Shown here: positions 53,720 through 64,000 of the stretch, piece by piece | How positions within the stretch are numbered: the stretch's first letter is position 1 | How the letters are laid out: each line of letters opens with the position of its first letter | NCBI GenBank assembly: GCA_019751815.1 | Contig: JAIEMW010000001.1 | Span: 961,839-1,025,838, forward strand | Direction of reading: 5' to 3' | Length of the DNA stretch: 64,000 bases | DNA from: Cyanobacteriota bacterium | Lineage (GTDB): Bacteria; Cyanobacteriota; Vampirovibrionia; Vampirovibrionales; Vampirovibrionaceae | Translations under genes and position numbers: made by a program | Notes under the pieces: generated by a model | The model's database searches: none | What the model saw: only the letters and a program-made list of their open reading frames with translations | What the model was told of the DNA's origin: nothing

Positions 53720-55585
53720 TTATTCTTCCAGGTAATAGCGAACTGTAGTGACCACTTTACCACGTCGAAACCGAAGCAGTGCTTTAATTAATATCGCCGT
53801 CTGATTATGTAAGAGTATGTGCCACCATTTTTTAGTGACGAACTCCGGAACAATAATGGTCACCAAATTGTTCTCATATCGTTTATCGACCTCATCGATG
53901 TAATCCAATAGGGGTTGCGTAATAGATCGATACGGAGACTTTAAAATAGTCAGCGGAATCCCACACCCCCATTGATCCCAGGCCTTTTTCAGTCGGTCCG
54001 TGGCATCGGGTTTCAATTCAATATGGACGGCTTCGAGTCGCGTTGAAATGGTTTTACCATATTCCAAAGCGGGGATGGTACCCCGGTTGAGGGAGGAGAC
54101 CAACACCAGCACCGTGTGAGAAACAGCCAGAGGGCAGTACCCTTCTTCAGGCAAAGCCAGCTGCCTGCCAATGGAACGGTAATGTGCATGGATCGAGCGA
54201 AAGAGAACAATTAAAAGCGGAATCGCGATGGCAACAATCCAGGCACCCTCAAAGAACTTTTCGACCATCAAAATAATCGTGACAATGGCGGTGACAATGG
54301 CCCCCAGTCCGTTAATTCCAATGCCCCACTGCCAGCCTTCCACATCACTGTGTAAGCGGTGATGCATCACCATCCCGACTTGCGCCAGTGTGAAAGACAG
54401 AAACACACCCACGGCATACAACGGAATGAGCGCATGGGTATCGGCTTGATAGAACAAAATCAGGAAAAAAGCGGTGGCACTGAGTATCAGGATGCCATTG
54501 GAAAATACCAACCGATCACCCAAGCTCATTAACTGGCGGGGTAAAAACCCATCAGAAGCCAAAATCGTGGCCAAGCGAGGAAAGCCGGCATAACTGGTGT
54601 TGGCCGCCAGAATTAAAATAATCATCGTAAATATTTGGACCACATAGTACATCCATCCCATATTCCCGCTGATCGGAAAAACATGTCGGGCAATTTGTGA
54701 CAGCACGGTCTCAGACGGACTGGGGATAATATGAAAGCCATTGGCCAGAATGGTCATTCCAATAAAAATAAACCCCAAAATACAGCCCATCCACACCAAG
54801 GTTGCATTGGCGTTAACCGGGGCGGGCTCTTTAAAGGCTTTTACCCCGTTGGATACAGCCTCAATCCCCGTAAGTGCAGCACACCCATGAGAAAAGGCAT
54901 TGAGTAACGCCAAGACCAGTGCCACATTGAAAATCCCATTGTCAAAAACCGTGGGTATCGCAGTCTCTTTTGCTAAATAAGGACAAGGGATTGGATGAAC
55001 TATCATCTGCCAGGCACCGGCACACACCAGCACCAGCATGGATGCCAGAAATATATAGGCGGGAACGGCAATAGCCTTTCCTGATTCTCTCACCCCGCGC
55101 AGATTTAGGAACATAATAAACAGCAAAAAGAAAAGAGCAACAGGTACTTTGTAGTCTATGGGCACCCAACCAGTTGATGTTAACGCCGCCACACCAGCAG
55201 AAATACTGACAGCCACAGTCAACACATAATCAATCAACAGAGCAGCACCCGCAATTTGGCTGGCCAAGGTCCCCAGACGTTCTTTAGAAACTTCATACGT
55301 CCCCCCGCCTTGTGGATACGCCCATATCACCTGTCGGTAAGAAATCACGACCAGGGCCATCAAAACCCCAATTGCCAGAGAGACTGGAATAGACAGCGGA
55401 TTAGCCACTGCGGCAAATGAACTGGCACACAGGGCGATCAAAATTTCTTCTGTCGCATACGCCGTTGATGAAAGCGCATCGGCCGCAAACACAGCCAATG
55501 CCAAAGGCACACCTAGCCTCTCGTGTTTTTCGCGGTGAGAGGCCAGAGGGTCTCCCAGTATCAGACGTTTGAGTTTGTTCATCAT
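53720..55585 (-). CDS. APC family permease (YdaO/KimA-like)
   Basis: DALSSTAYATEEI, DYVLTVAVS, LRGVRESG, ALTGIEAVSNG, LIPLYAVGVF and LLHNQ motifs. Confidence 0.9.
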   Translation of the reverse strand: MMNKLKRLILGDPLASHREKHERLGVPLALAVFAADALSSTAYATEEILIALCASSFAAVANPLSIPVSLAIGVLMALVVISYRQVIWAYPQGGGTYEVSKERLGTLASQIAGAALLIDYVLTVAVSISAGVAALTSTGWVPIDYKVPVALFFLLFIMFLNLRGVRESGKAIAVPAYIFLASMLVLVCAGAWQMIVHPIPCPYLAKETAIPTVFDNGIFNVALVLALLNAFSHGCAALTGIEAVSNGVKAFKEPAPVNANATLVWMGCILGFIFIGMTILANGFHIIPSPSETVLSQIARHVFPISGNMGWMYYVVQIFTMIILILAANTSYAGFPRLATILASDGFLPRQLMSLGDRLVFSNGILILSATAFFLILFYQADTHALIPLYAVGVFLSFTLAQVGMVMHHRLHSDVEGWQWGIGINGLGAIVTAIVTIILMVEKFFEGAWIVAIAIPLLIVLFRSIHAHYRSIGRQLALPEEGYCPLAVSHTVLVLVSSLNRGTIPALEYGKTISTRLEAVHIELKPDATDRLKKAWDQWGCGIPLTILKSPYRSITQPLLDYIDEVDKRYENNLVTIIVPEFVTKKWWHILLHNQTAILIKALLRFRRGKVVTTVRYYLEE

Positions 55586-55659
55586 ATTAATAAATAACCT
55601 GCGCGATAGAATAGCATAAGCATTGCGTTACTTCTGGAAGGATTCACGTCAAACAATAT

Positions 55660-58014
55660 ATGAACCCCTTTAAGCAACATATTAAGCAACGTGGCCAGGC
55701 CCATTCTGGCGGGCAACAGATTCGTTTACTGCCAGGGAAGCCCTACCCATTGGGGGCTACCTGGGACGGAATGGGGGTCAATTTTGCCCTTTTCTCTGAG
55801 CATGCCACGCAAGTGGAATTATGCCTGTTTGATAGTCCCTTGGCAGAAGAAGAGTATGTTCGCATTCCCCTGTCTGAATTTACGGATCACGTCTGGCACG
55901 GGTATCTCCCAGATGTTCATCCGGGACAGCATTATGGATACCGAGTTTACGGTCCCTATCAGCCAACACAGGGGCACCGATTTAACCCCAACAAGTTGGT
56001 ACTCGACCCCTACGCCAAAATGGTCAGCCGCATGCCCATATGGCACGACAGTCTGTTTGGCTACAAGGTCCAAAGGAATCCCGATTCCTCTTTTTTAGAA
56101 GAAGTATCTACCAAGCCCCTGGTCGCCAGTCTTGTTCCGGATAATCAATCGTCACCAGAAAAATCTCCAGAAACCCCTTTAGAAGCGCCTTTGGTTAAAG
56201 CCGAACGGCGTCAAAGCGAGAGATCCACAGCCTTATATACACCACCAGATTTTAAACTGGATGTGCGCGACAGTGCTGCCTATGCTCCATTAGCCATTGT
56301 GATTGACCCCGCCTTTACCTGGGGAGATGACAAAGCCCCGCGTACCCCGTGGCACAAAACATTGATCTATGAAACCCACGTCAAAGGCCTCACCTACCAG
56401 CATCCAGACATCCCTGAAAACATCCGAGGCACGTATGCCGGTATTGCCTCAGAGCCCATGATTAACTACTTTAAAGACCTCGGCGTCACCGCCATCGAAC
56501 TTATGCCGATTCACACCCATCTCGACGATCAGTTTCTCGTCAACAAAAATCTGAGTAACTATTGGGGCTACAACTCTCTGTGTTTTTTCTCTCCCGATGC
56601 CTGTTATGCCAGCCAGCCGCACGATCCCTTTAGCGTACTGAGAGAATTTAAGATGATGGTCCGCACGCTCCATTCAGCAGGGCTGGAAGTGATTCTCGAT
56701 GTTGTCTTTAACCACACCGCCGAAGGGAACCAGATGGGGCCCACACTCAGCTTTCGGGGGATTGATAACCGCTCATATTACCGACTGGTAGACGGCCAAG
56801 CCCAATACTATATGGATTATACAGGCTGCGGGAACACAATTAACATTGCTCACCCGCGCATACTACAACTCGTGATGGATAGCCTACGCTACTGGATTGA
56901 GGAAATGCATATCGACGGGTTTCGGTTTGATCTGGCAACCGCCTTGGCACGAGAACTCCACGCTGCCGACAAGTTGAGCTCCTTTTTTGACATTATTCAC
57001 CAGGATCCGGTCATTTCCCAGGTTAAACTGATTGCAGAACCTTGGGATTTGGGAGAAGGCGGCTATCAAGTTGGCAATTTCCCGGTACTGTGGACGGAGT
57101 GGAACGGCCGTTACCGCGATACAGTTAGGCATTTCTGGCGAGGTGATAATGGTTGTCTCAGTGATTTTGCGACCCGTTTCTCTGGCAGTAGTGATTTATA
57201 CGCGCACAGTGGGAGAAAGCCCCACGCCAGTATCAATTTTGTAACCGCCCACGACGGTTTTACCATGGCTGATTTGGTCAGTTACAATGACAAACACAAC
57301 CAGGCCAATGGGGAAGACAATAGAGACGGGGAAAACCACAATATTAGCGATAACTGCGGGGCAGAAGGCCCAACTGATGACACCGAAATTCTACGCCGCC
57401 GAGAAAAACGCCGCCGGAATCTAATGGCAACCTTATTATTGTCTTTGGGTGTGCCCATGATCTCGGGTGGGGACGAGATGGGGCGGACTCAACACGGGAA
57501 CAACAATGCCTACTGCCAGGATAACCCTCTCAGCTGGTACGACTGGAGCCCCTCTCAAAGTGATCAAGACTTCTACCAGTTTGTTCGTCGAATGATTCGT
57601 CTGCGAAAACACCAACCCGTCTTACAGAGACGCCGGTTTTATACCGGCAAATCAAAACGCGGCGCTGAGTTTAAGGATATCTATTGGTTTACCCCGTTTG
57701 GCCGAGATATGGAAATGGAAGATTGGCAAAACCCGTTGTTAAAAACGGTTGGCATCCTGCTAGAAGGATCTGCCATTGCCGAAATGGATGAACAAGGGCA
57801 TGCGATTAAAGGGGAGACGCTGCTGATACTGATCAACGCGGATTGTCACCCAGTCACCTTCCAGCTCCCTTATCACCGGACTCAAAATACCTGGGAGCAT
57901 CTGGAAGATACATCACAAACCATCAGCTGGTCGACCTGGGAACCTGGTGCCAGTTATCTCTTGCAAGAAAATAGTCTGGTCCTCTTTAAACTCCATACTA
58001 TACCTGCTACTTAG
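55660..58014 (+). CDS. glgX: Glycogen debranching enzyme (isoamylase)
   Basis: PLGATWDG, NYWGYN, DGFRFDLA, IAEPWD, TAHDGF and GNNNAYCQDN motifs. Confidence 0.96.
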   Translation: MNPFKQHIKQRGQAHSGGQQIRLLPGKPYPLGATWDGMGVNFALFSEHATQVELCLFDSPLAEEEYVRIPLSEFTDHVWHGYLPDVHPGQHYGYRVYGPYQPTQGHRFNPNKLVLDPYAKMVSRMPIWHDSLFGYKVQRNPDSSFLEEVSTKPLVASLVPDNQSSPEKSPETPLEAPLVKAERRQSERSTALYTPPDFKLDVRDSAAYAPLAIVIDPAFTWGDDKAPRTPWHKTLIYETHVKGLTYQHPDIPENIRGTYAGIASEPMINYFKDLGVTAIELMPIHTHLDDQFLVNKNLSNYWGYNSLCFFSPDACYASQPHDPFSVLREFKMMVRTLHSAGLEVILDVVFNHTAEGNQMGPTLSFRGIDNRSYYRLVDGQAQYYMDYTGCGNTINIAHPRILQLVMDSLRYWIEEMHIDGFRFDLATALARELHAADKLSSFFDIIHQDPVISQVKLIAEPWDLGEGGYQVGNFPVLWTEWNGRYRDTVRHFWRGDNGCLSDFATRFSGSSDLYAHSGRKPHASINFVTAHDGFTMADLVSYNDKHNQANGEDNRDGENHNISDNCGAEGPTDDTEILRRREKRRRNLMATLLLSLGVPMISGGDEMGRTQHGNNNAYCQDNPLSWYDWSPSQSDQDFYQFVRRMIRLRKHQPVLQRRRFYTGKSKRGAEFKDIYWFTPFGRDMEMEDWQNPLLKTVGILLEGSAIAEMDEQGHAIKGETLLILINADCHPVTFQLPYHRTQNTWEHLEDTSQTISWSTWEPGASYLLQENSLVLFKLHTIPAT

Positions 58015-59021
58015 ATAACCAGCTTGCGGGAGAACACTTCGGTTTTGGCATCATGGGTAAGCGGGTTGAAAAACGCAGAGGATCCGACCATGGCCGCATT
58101 ATCCGTGCAGTAGCCCAAATGAGGCACAAAAAGTCTTATGCCCGGACAGCGGGTAATCCACTCTTGAAATACAGCCCTTAGAGCTGTATTTGCAGAAACG
58201 CCTCCAGCAATGGAAAGGGTCTGAAAACCAGATTCTTGCATCAATCGTTGGGTCTTTAAAAACAGGGTGCGCACAACCGTTGCCTGAAAGCTAGCCGCAA
58301 CGTTGCCTCTCATCAGCGCCAATGCAGAAGGGTCTCCCGCACAGGCTACTGTTTCACGCTCGATCAGACGCATGACAGCCGTTTTTAAGCCGCTAAAGCT
58401 AAAGTCATACGGGTGCTTGGTCACCGCAATGGGTAAGGAATAGGCATTGGGATCTCCTTGTTGAGCCAGCTTATCGACGGCAGGACCACCAGGGAAACCA
58501 GCATCTAAAAGCCTTGCCACTTTATCGTAGGCCTCTCCTACAGCATCATCCAATGTTTGGCCCACAATTTCAATATCATCGAGCGCATTAACCTTGACCA
58601 ATTGAGTATGCCCCCCACTGACAAGCAGGCACAAGAAGGGAGGTTCGAGATCGCTCTCTAAAAAATTAGAACAAATATGGGCTGTCAGATGATTCACCCC
58701 AATAAAGGGCCGCCCGGTCAAAAAACTCAGCGCTTTGGCAGTGCCAGCTCCCACCAGGAGAGAACCCACGAGACCAGGACCCAGTGTTGCGGCAAAGGCA
58801 TCAATCTCTGAAAGTTCTAGTTTTGCAGAAGCAAGTGCTTCTGCCACGCAGGGGTTTACCCACTGAATATGATTCCGTGCAGCCAATTCTGGAATCACAC
58901 CGCCAAAAGGAGCATGGACGGAGTCTTGAGATTTAACCACACTGGCCAGTACCCGCCGACCGTCTTCAACAATCGCACAGGCCGTGTCATCACAACTGGT
59001 TTCAAGTGCCAAGATTCGCAT
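58011..59021 (-). CDS. tsaD: tRNA N6-adenosine threonylcarbamoyltransferase
   Basis: ETSCDDT, GGVIPELA, GPGL, HLTAH, SGGHT, GEAYDK, FSFSGLKT and TDNAAM motifs. Confidence 0.97.
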   Translation of the reverse strand: MRILALETSCDDTACAIVEDGRRVLASVVKSQDSVHAPFGGVIPELAARNHIQWVNPCVAEALASAKLELSEIDAFAATLGPGLVGSLLVGAGTAKALSFLTGRPFIGVNHLTAHICSNFLESDLEPPFLCLLVSGGHTQLVKVNALDDIEIVGQTLDDAVGEAYDKVARLLDAGFPGGPAVDKLAQQGDPNAYSLPIAVTKHPYDFSFSGLKTAVMRLIERETVACAGDPSALALMRGNVAASFQATVVRTLFLKTQRLMQESGFQTLSIAGGVSANTALRAVFQEWITRCPGIRLFVPHLGYCTDNAAMVGSSAFFNPLTHDAKTEVFSRKLVI

Positions 59022-59106
59022 CCCTTCAAAGTATCATATGACACTAGAGATTCAAACGATTTTGCAGTTAAAATAGCGTTAGTCACTTTTTTCAAAGACA
59101 GGTTCT

Positions 59107-60042
59107 GTGATAATGCATGACGCTCGATTCAGTCGATTTTCCCGTTTTTTAAGCACAACCGTCGCTGTGGTAATGGGAATCTCTTTATTTTCAGCCTGGT
59201 TAACTTCTCAGACTGCGGATAAACCAACACTCCAAGTGGCATTCTTAAATTACACAGAGCCAGAGAACAATCGGCTGGGTGAGTTTTACTACGCACTCGG
59301 CAGCCAACTGGCTGTGCGCGGCCAAGTCGCTCTGGCTGAAGGGCTTTTAGAGAAGGCCACTGTCTTACGACCCCGTCATGCGGAATCTTTTTTGAACTAT
59401 GGGGTCGTTCTAGAATCCCTGGATAAAAAATTTCAAGCCATTGAAGCCTACAAGGCGGCTGTCAGCATTAATCCTACTCAGACTGAAGCGCACTATCATC
59501 TCGGGCTGATGTTAGACCGCACCGGTGAAACCGAAGACGGTATTAAGCATTTACTGATTGCCTATTACCAAGATCCGAAAAACCCTTATATTAACTACGA
59601 TTTGGGTGTGCTCTACGCCAAAACCAATGATTTCAATCATTCCGCGCTGTATTCCAAAAATGCCGTACTTGCAGATAAAACCTTTGCAGAAGCCTATAAC
59701 AATTACGGCTATGCTCTCGCTCAACTGGGACAATATCTTGAAGCCGTTGCTGCCATTGACGAGTCACTCAAGCTAAAGCCAGACAGCGCTGCCACTTTGG
59801 ACAGCAAAGGTTATGCGCTAATGGGGATGAGAAAGATTGACGACGCACTGTCACTTTTTAATCAAGCCCTAGAGCAAGATCCCACCATTGGCGAAATCTA
59901 TTTACACAAGGGCCAAGCCTTAGAACAGGCCCAAAAAACCGAAGAATCTATTCAGGCTTACGAAAAGTACCTGCTCCTTACCCCAAATGCATTGGATAGA
60001 AAACAGGTGGAAGACCGCCTGGTTATTTTAAAGAGCAAATAA
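59107..60042 (+). CDS. Tetratricopeptide repeat protein
   Basis: N-terminal TM/signal segment followed by multiple TPR repeats. Confidence 0.88.
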   Translation: MIMHDARFSRFSRFLSTTVAVVMGISLFSAWLTSQTADKPTLQVAFLNYTEPENNRLGEFYYALGSQLAVRGQVALAEGLLEKATVLRPRHAESFLNYGVVLESLDKKFQAIEAYKAAVSINPTQTEAHYHLGLMLDRTGETEDGIKHLLIAYYQDPKNPYINYDLGVLYAKTNDFNHSALYSKNAVLADKTFAEAYNNYGYALAQLGQYLEAVAAIDESLKLKPDSAATLDSKGYALMGMRKIDDALSLFNQALEQDPTIGEIYLHKGQALEQAQKTEESIQAYEKYLLLTPNALDRKQVEDRLVILKSK

Positions 60043-60052
60043 CAGAAAGAGT

Positions 60053-60385
60053 ATGATGTCAGTTCGACGGTTTTCTTTACGAGTGCTGGTATTGAGCCTC
60101 ACCGCTGCATGTGCTGCATGTTTGGTATTTCAAAATCTGGTTCTTGAAAACCAGGTTATCGCACAAACCACAGGTTCTAATACCTCACCTGGCGGGTCCG
60201 GGGGAGCATCCTCAGGGGGCGCTTCGGGGAATAGCGACAAAGAAGATTGCAGCATAGGCAACGGAAATATTGTCACAGTAAGCCCTACGACCATTAACCC
60301 GCAAAACGATTACACTATAACCAACAACCAACTCAAACGCCCTACCACTATTTGCCCTGCTGAAACCCGCTTTGTTCGTCCTTAA
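60053..60385 (+). CDS. Small secreted hypothetical protein
   Basis: Signal peptide, Gly/Ser linker, two Cys; lies inside an operon. Confidence 0.55.
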   Translation: MMSVRRFSLRVLVLSLTAACAACLVFQNLVLENQVIAQTTGSNTSPGGSGGASSGGASGNSDKEDCSIGNGNIVTVSPTTINPQNDYTITNNQLKRPTTICPAETRFVRP

Positions 60386-60396
60386 GAATCTTATCA

Positions 60397-61017
60397 ATGA
60401 CTTTAGAAACTGAAATGACTGAGTCCTCTGATCGCGCGCTCCGGCTTTATCTGACCGGATATATGGGGGCGGGAAAATCAACCATTGGTAGAGCTCTGGC
60501 TGAGAACTTATCATACAAATTTATCGATACCGATCGACAATTGGTACTGCATTTTCACCGACCCATATCGGAAATATTCAGGCACCATGGAGAATCCGCT
60601 TTTAGAGAGGCAGAACTCAACTGTCTCAAAGGCTTGTCTAATCAAGAAAGGGTTGTGATTTCCACCGGGGGTGGGACGTTAACTCGTGACGAGACAATGC
60701 AGGTTGCCAAGCAATCAGGCTTGGTGATCTACCTGGAAGCCCCAGTGGATGTCCTCTACGAACGCGTAATTTTCAGCCCCAAAGACCGCCCGATGATTGA
60801 TGTACCGGATCCGGAAGCCGTCTTTAAAGAACGGTTTTTGCGTCGAGAACCCTACTATTTACAGGCTGATATGACTGTCAATTGCGCCCATAAACCACCC
60901 AAGCAGGTTGCTCTAGACATTATTGAAGCGTTAAAGCCCTTCCAAAACCAGGCACTCAGTCCGCAAGATCAGACCGCACGTGAGCAAAACCCAACTGATG
61001 TGACCCCACTGTCATGA
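60397..61017 (+). CDS. aroK: Shikimate kinase
   Basis: GYMGAGKST, DTD, GESAFR, STGGG and RP motifs. Confidence 0.95.
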   Translation: MTLETEMTESSDRALRLYLTGYMGAGKSTIGRALAENLSYKFIDTDRQLVLHFHRPISEIFRHHGESAFREAELNCLKGLSNQERVVISTGGGTLTRDETMQVAKQSGLVIYLEAPVDVLYERVIFSPKDRPMIDVPDPEAVFKERFLRREPYYLQADMTVNCAHKPPKQVALDIIEALKPFQNQALSPQDQTAREQNPTDVTPLS

Positions 61018-62159
61018 TTCTAAAGACTGAGATTGAAAAAAGCGCTCAAACAGTTCCCATCCACATCCGACCAGGGGAGTTACTCTTGCTTTCAGAGGTT
61101 TGTCTGACCCATTACCCCCCAAAAACCAAGCTGCTGATTGTGACTGACGCGATAGTAAAAGAACTTTGGGGACAGGCACTGTCTGAATCACTGAAACAGG
61201 CTGGCTATTTAGTCTACACCTATACGATTCCTGTAGGCGAATCTGCAAAATGTCTCTCAGTGATGGAGTCTGTACTCAGATTTGCACTGGAAGCTGGTTT
61301 ATCCAGACAAGATGCGATGATTGCCTTTGGTGGCGGCGTTGTTGGGGATTTAACCGGGTTTTGTGCGGCCACCTATTTTCGAGGGATCGACTACATCCAA
61401 GTCCCTACCACACTACTGGCACAAGTCGATTCCGCCATTGGGGGAAAGGTTGGGGTGAATTTGCACCATGCCAAAAACGGTCTGGGAGCGTTCTATCAGC
61501 CTCGCTTTATCTGGATGGATCCCACCCTGGTAAAACACCTTCCCTGCAGACAGCTCAGGGCAGGATTGGCCGAAGTCATCAAGTACAGTCTGATCGAAAC
61601 CAGTATTCAGGAAGCATGCGGCTCACCAGAAAGCCTTTCTCACACACCACCCCTGTTTACAGTGCTGCAAAAAATAGTTGTTAAAGAAGAAGCTGTTGAA
61701 AAAGACTGTTTGGACACTGAGTTATGCGAATTAATCTCCCGCTGTGTGGCGCTTAAGACCGCGGTGGTGAGTTTAGATGAACAAGAAAAAACAGGGCTTC
61801 GGGCTTTGCTGAACCTGGGACATACCTTTGCCCATGCTTATGAGGAGCTGAGTGGTTATCAGGATCTGCTCCACGGAGAAGCCGTCTCCCTGGGGCTAGT
61901 CAAGGCGGCTCAACTGGCCAGCATTTTGGGACACTTTTCCAGTAGCCACGTAGAAACTATCATCGCGATGCTAGAAAAGTTTCAACTCCCCACTGTCCCC
62001 TCACCGTCTCTAGAACCCTTAAAACTCATCGCCCTGATGCGGCAAGACAAGAAGGCCACGGGCAACGGTATCCGTTTTGTCTTACCAGATTCAGACATAG
62101 GACGTGTTCGTATCGTGGACGGAGTTGATGAGCACCAAATACTGAATATTTTATCTTAG
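61014..62159 (+). CDS. aroB: 3-dehydroquinate synthase
   Basis: GGGVVGDL, PTTLLAQVDSAIGGK, LNLGHTFAH, HGEAV and DKK motifs. Confidence 0.96.
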   Translation: MILKTEIEKSAQTVPIHIRPGELLLLSEVCLTHYPPKTKLLIVTDAIVKELWGQALSESLKQAGYLVYTYTIPVGESAKCLSVMESVLRFALEAGLSRQDAMIAFGGGVVGDLTGFCAATYFRGIDYIQVPTTLLAQVDSAIGGKVGVNLHHAKNGLGAFYQPRFIWMDPTLVKHLPCRQLRAGLAEVIKYSLIETSIQEACGSPESLSHTPPLFTVLQKIVVKEEAVEKDCLDTELCELISRCVALKTAVVSLDEQEKTGLRALLNLGHTFAHAYEELSGYQDLLHGEAVSLGLVKAAQLASILGHFSSSHVETIIAMLEKFQLPTVPSPSLEPLKLIALMRQDKKATGNGIRFVLPDSDIGRVRIVDGVDEHQILNILS

Positions 62160-62171
62160 AAAGTATTCCTG

Positions 62172-63317
62172 ATGCTGTACTCAGCGCCTTTACTTCCAGA
62201 AGAAACTCCCTTGGTAATTATGGCCGAAGGTTTTTTGACCAGCCCTAACGGGAAAGTAGCCACTGGTGTACTTCGTTACGGTCGCTGGCCCGTTGTGGCA
62301 GTGATTGATAGCTCTCATGCCGGACAAACCACCGATATAGTTCTTGGATTTGGAAAGCCCGTTCCCATTGTCGCTCATCTAACAGAAGCCCTGAAGTTTC
62401 AACCCGCTGCCTTGCTCTTGGGGACAGCCCCTCAAGGGGGAGGGCTTCCAACAGCTTGGAAAAACCTGATTGAACAAGCCATTCAAGCCAGACTTCATGT
62501 CATTAGCGGTCTGCATGACTTCATTGCAGACAATCCTATCTGGCAAAGCTTAGCAAAACAGAATCAGGTCACGCTTTGGGATGTGCGAAATACAGCAACT
62601 CCCGAAATGAAAGCCCTGAACCGGGTGGCACAACTCACGCCAAGGCCTTCTCATACCCGGGTGGTAACCATGGTCGGCAGTGATTGCGCCGTTGGCAAAA
62701 TGAGTGTTGCCCTTGAAACTGCTCAAGCCTTTCGCACGTCCCAATTTTCTGCCCAACACGCAGCGCTTATGGTGCCCACCGGCCAGACAGGGATCCTGAT
62801 CGAAGGTTGGGGAGTGCCCTTAGACCGGATGATCGGTGATTTTATGGCCGGGGCCATTGAAACTTGCATCTCGCAAGGAATAGACCGCTTAACACTCTCT
62901 GATCCTGGAAAATCCCATTGGCTTTTGGTTGAAGGTCAAGGGTCCCTGCTACACCCAGGCTACTCTGGGGTAACAATGTCTCTACTCCATGGCTCACACC
63001 CGGATGCAATGATTCTATGTCATAAGGAGAGTGGCGATAAGCATATTCGCGGGGGTTATCCCGTCGAAATCCCCACCATGCAAATGCTCATCCAGCTTTA
63101 CGAGACCGCCGCACAATGGGCCAGAGACCCCAACAAACCCAGCGCCCGGGTTGTGGGAATCGCCGTCAACACCTCAGCGCTTTCTGAATCAGAGGCCACG
63201 GCTATTTTATCTCAGTACAAGGCTGAAACCGGTCTGCCGGTGACCGATCCCGTGCGCTACGGGGCAGAGTCTCTTGTTAAAGCGCTGATTCAAGAACGAA
63301 ATGAGCTTTCGCTATGA
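62172..63317 (+). CDS. DUF1611 family P-loop protein (DgcN-like)
   Basis: SGLHD, GSDCAVGKM, TGQTG, EGQGSL and TDPVR motifs. Confidence 0.88.
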   Translation: MLYSAPLLPEETPLVIMAEGFLTSPNGKVATGVLRYGRWPVVAVIDSSHAGQTTDIVLGFGKPVPIVAHLTEALKFQPAALLLGTAPQGGGLPTAWKNLIEQAIQARLHVISGLHDFIADNPIWQSLAKQNQVTLWDVRNTATPEMKALNRVAQLTPRPSHTRVVTMVGSDCAVGKMSVALETAQAFRTSQFSAQHAALMVPTGQTGILIEGWGVPLDRMIGDFMAGAIETCISQGIDRLTLSDPGKSHWLLVEGQGSLLHPGYSGVTMSLLHGSHPDAMILCHKESGDKHIRGGYPVEIPTMQMLIQLYETAAQWARDPNKPSARVVGIAVNTSALSESEATAILSQYKAETGLPVTDPVRYGAESLVKALIQERNELSL

Positions 63318-64000
63318 GCTTAGCGTATCAAGTGCTCTCACTCCCCTTGGAGTTTCCCTTTACGATTTCCCGCAGCACGCTCTCTGTGGCCAAAACAGTC
63401 CTGGTGCAGCTGAGTGATCCGGATAATCCAGGTCATGATGGTCTGGGAGAAGCGGTCCCCAGCGAATTTTACGGCGAATCCATTGAGACTGTCCAAGCCT
63501 TTTACCAACAACTCGCCCGTGACGAAGCTTTTTTGGCCCTTCCTCCAGAGAATCATCAAGCGTTTGAAGCGTATCTAAACCAATTTCCCGGCAATGCCGC
63601 AGCAAAATCCGGGCTCGATATTGCCTTTTGGGACCGTTTTGCCAAGCGTCTCGGACGGCCGCTGCACCAGGTTTGGGGGCTTGATCCCGCCGCCTGTCCA
63701 AAAACTTCCTACACCATTGGCATTGCTGATCTGGCCATGGTCCGCCATAAAACAGAAACAGCCCTTTCGAGGGGATATGATGTTCTGAAAGTAAAACTGG
63801 GCGGCCCTCAAGATCTTGATACCCTCTCTTTAATCCGAGAATTGGCCCCATCGGCTACGCTACGGGTTGATGCGAACGCTGCCTGGCGGGTTTCAGACGC
63901 CTTAGCGTTAATGCCGACACTGGCAACATTAGGCGTAGAGTTTGTGGAAGAGCCATTGCTACTGGATAGCCCCGTCCAGGACTACGAAAGACTCAAAGCA
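63314..64000 (+). CDS. Dipeptide epimerase/enolase superfamily (DgcA-like), 3' partial
   Basis: Manually translated as MSLAYQVLSLPLEFPFTISR...GLGEA...KVKLGG...RVDANAAW...VEEP; overlaps the DUF1611 stop (ATGA) and runs off the window. Confidence 0.88.
   Translation, partial: MSLAYQVLSLPLEFPFTISRSTLSVAKTVLVQLSDPDNPGHDGLGEAVPSEFYGESIETVQAFYQQLARDEAFLALPPENHQAFEAYLNQFPGNAAAKSGLDIAFWDRFAKRLGRPLHQVWGLDPAACPKTSYTIGIADLAMVRHKTETALSRGYDVLKVKLGGPQDLDTLSLIRELAPSATLRVDANAAWRVSDALALMPTLATLGVEFVEEPLLLDSPVQDYERLKA

Noticed and set aside
55586-55659. c-di-AMP (ydaO) riboswitch before the KimA-like permease
   Set aside because: The gap is only about 75 bp and has no matching motif.
63338-63851. Track ORFs at the window end
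   Set aside because: They are shadows of the real epimerase CDS starting at 63314, which the track misses because it has no stop in the window.

Overview
A gene-dense bacterial chromosomal segment with no CRISPR array, transposase or prophage recognised. Cyanobacteria-like housekeeping genes (sepF, a DUF2993-like protein, tRNA-Ala(CGC), a CHASE2 cyclase, glgX) occur with futalosine-pathway mqnD, a FliI/YscN ATPase and no photosynthesis genes. This suggests a non-photosynthetic cyanobacterial relative (Vampirovibrionia/Melainabacteria); that assignment is an inference. Most of the window is housekeeping: coaBC, coaX, era, queA, truB, def, tsaD, aroF/aroK/aroB, ABC permeases and three tRNAs. 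The most striking unannotated structure is in the 1.35-kb coaBC-sepF gap, which holds a tandem array of four ~100-nt putative sibling small-RNA genes. Each has the same GTTA-GTAA-TAAC GNRA 5' hairpin with covarying outer stems, a CTCACTC-containing pyrimidine-rich core (33 nt identical in three copies) and a different intrinsic terminator; three also have clear sigma70-like promoters. Other notable items are an atypical two-partner secretion locus with two paralogous passengers carrying different tip segments, an orphan FliI ATPase with a long upstream hairpin, several orphan proteins with a shared non-Sec N-terminal leader pattern, HLR1/RpaB-like sites, a Cys-substituted pseudo-receiver and a secreted 30-aa beta-repeat protein. 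All product calls come from motif recognition by eye; no database searches were run.
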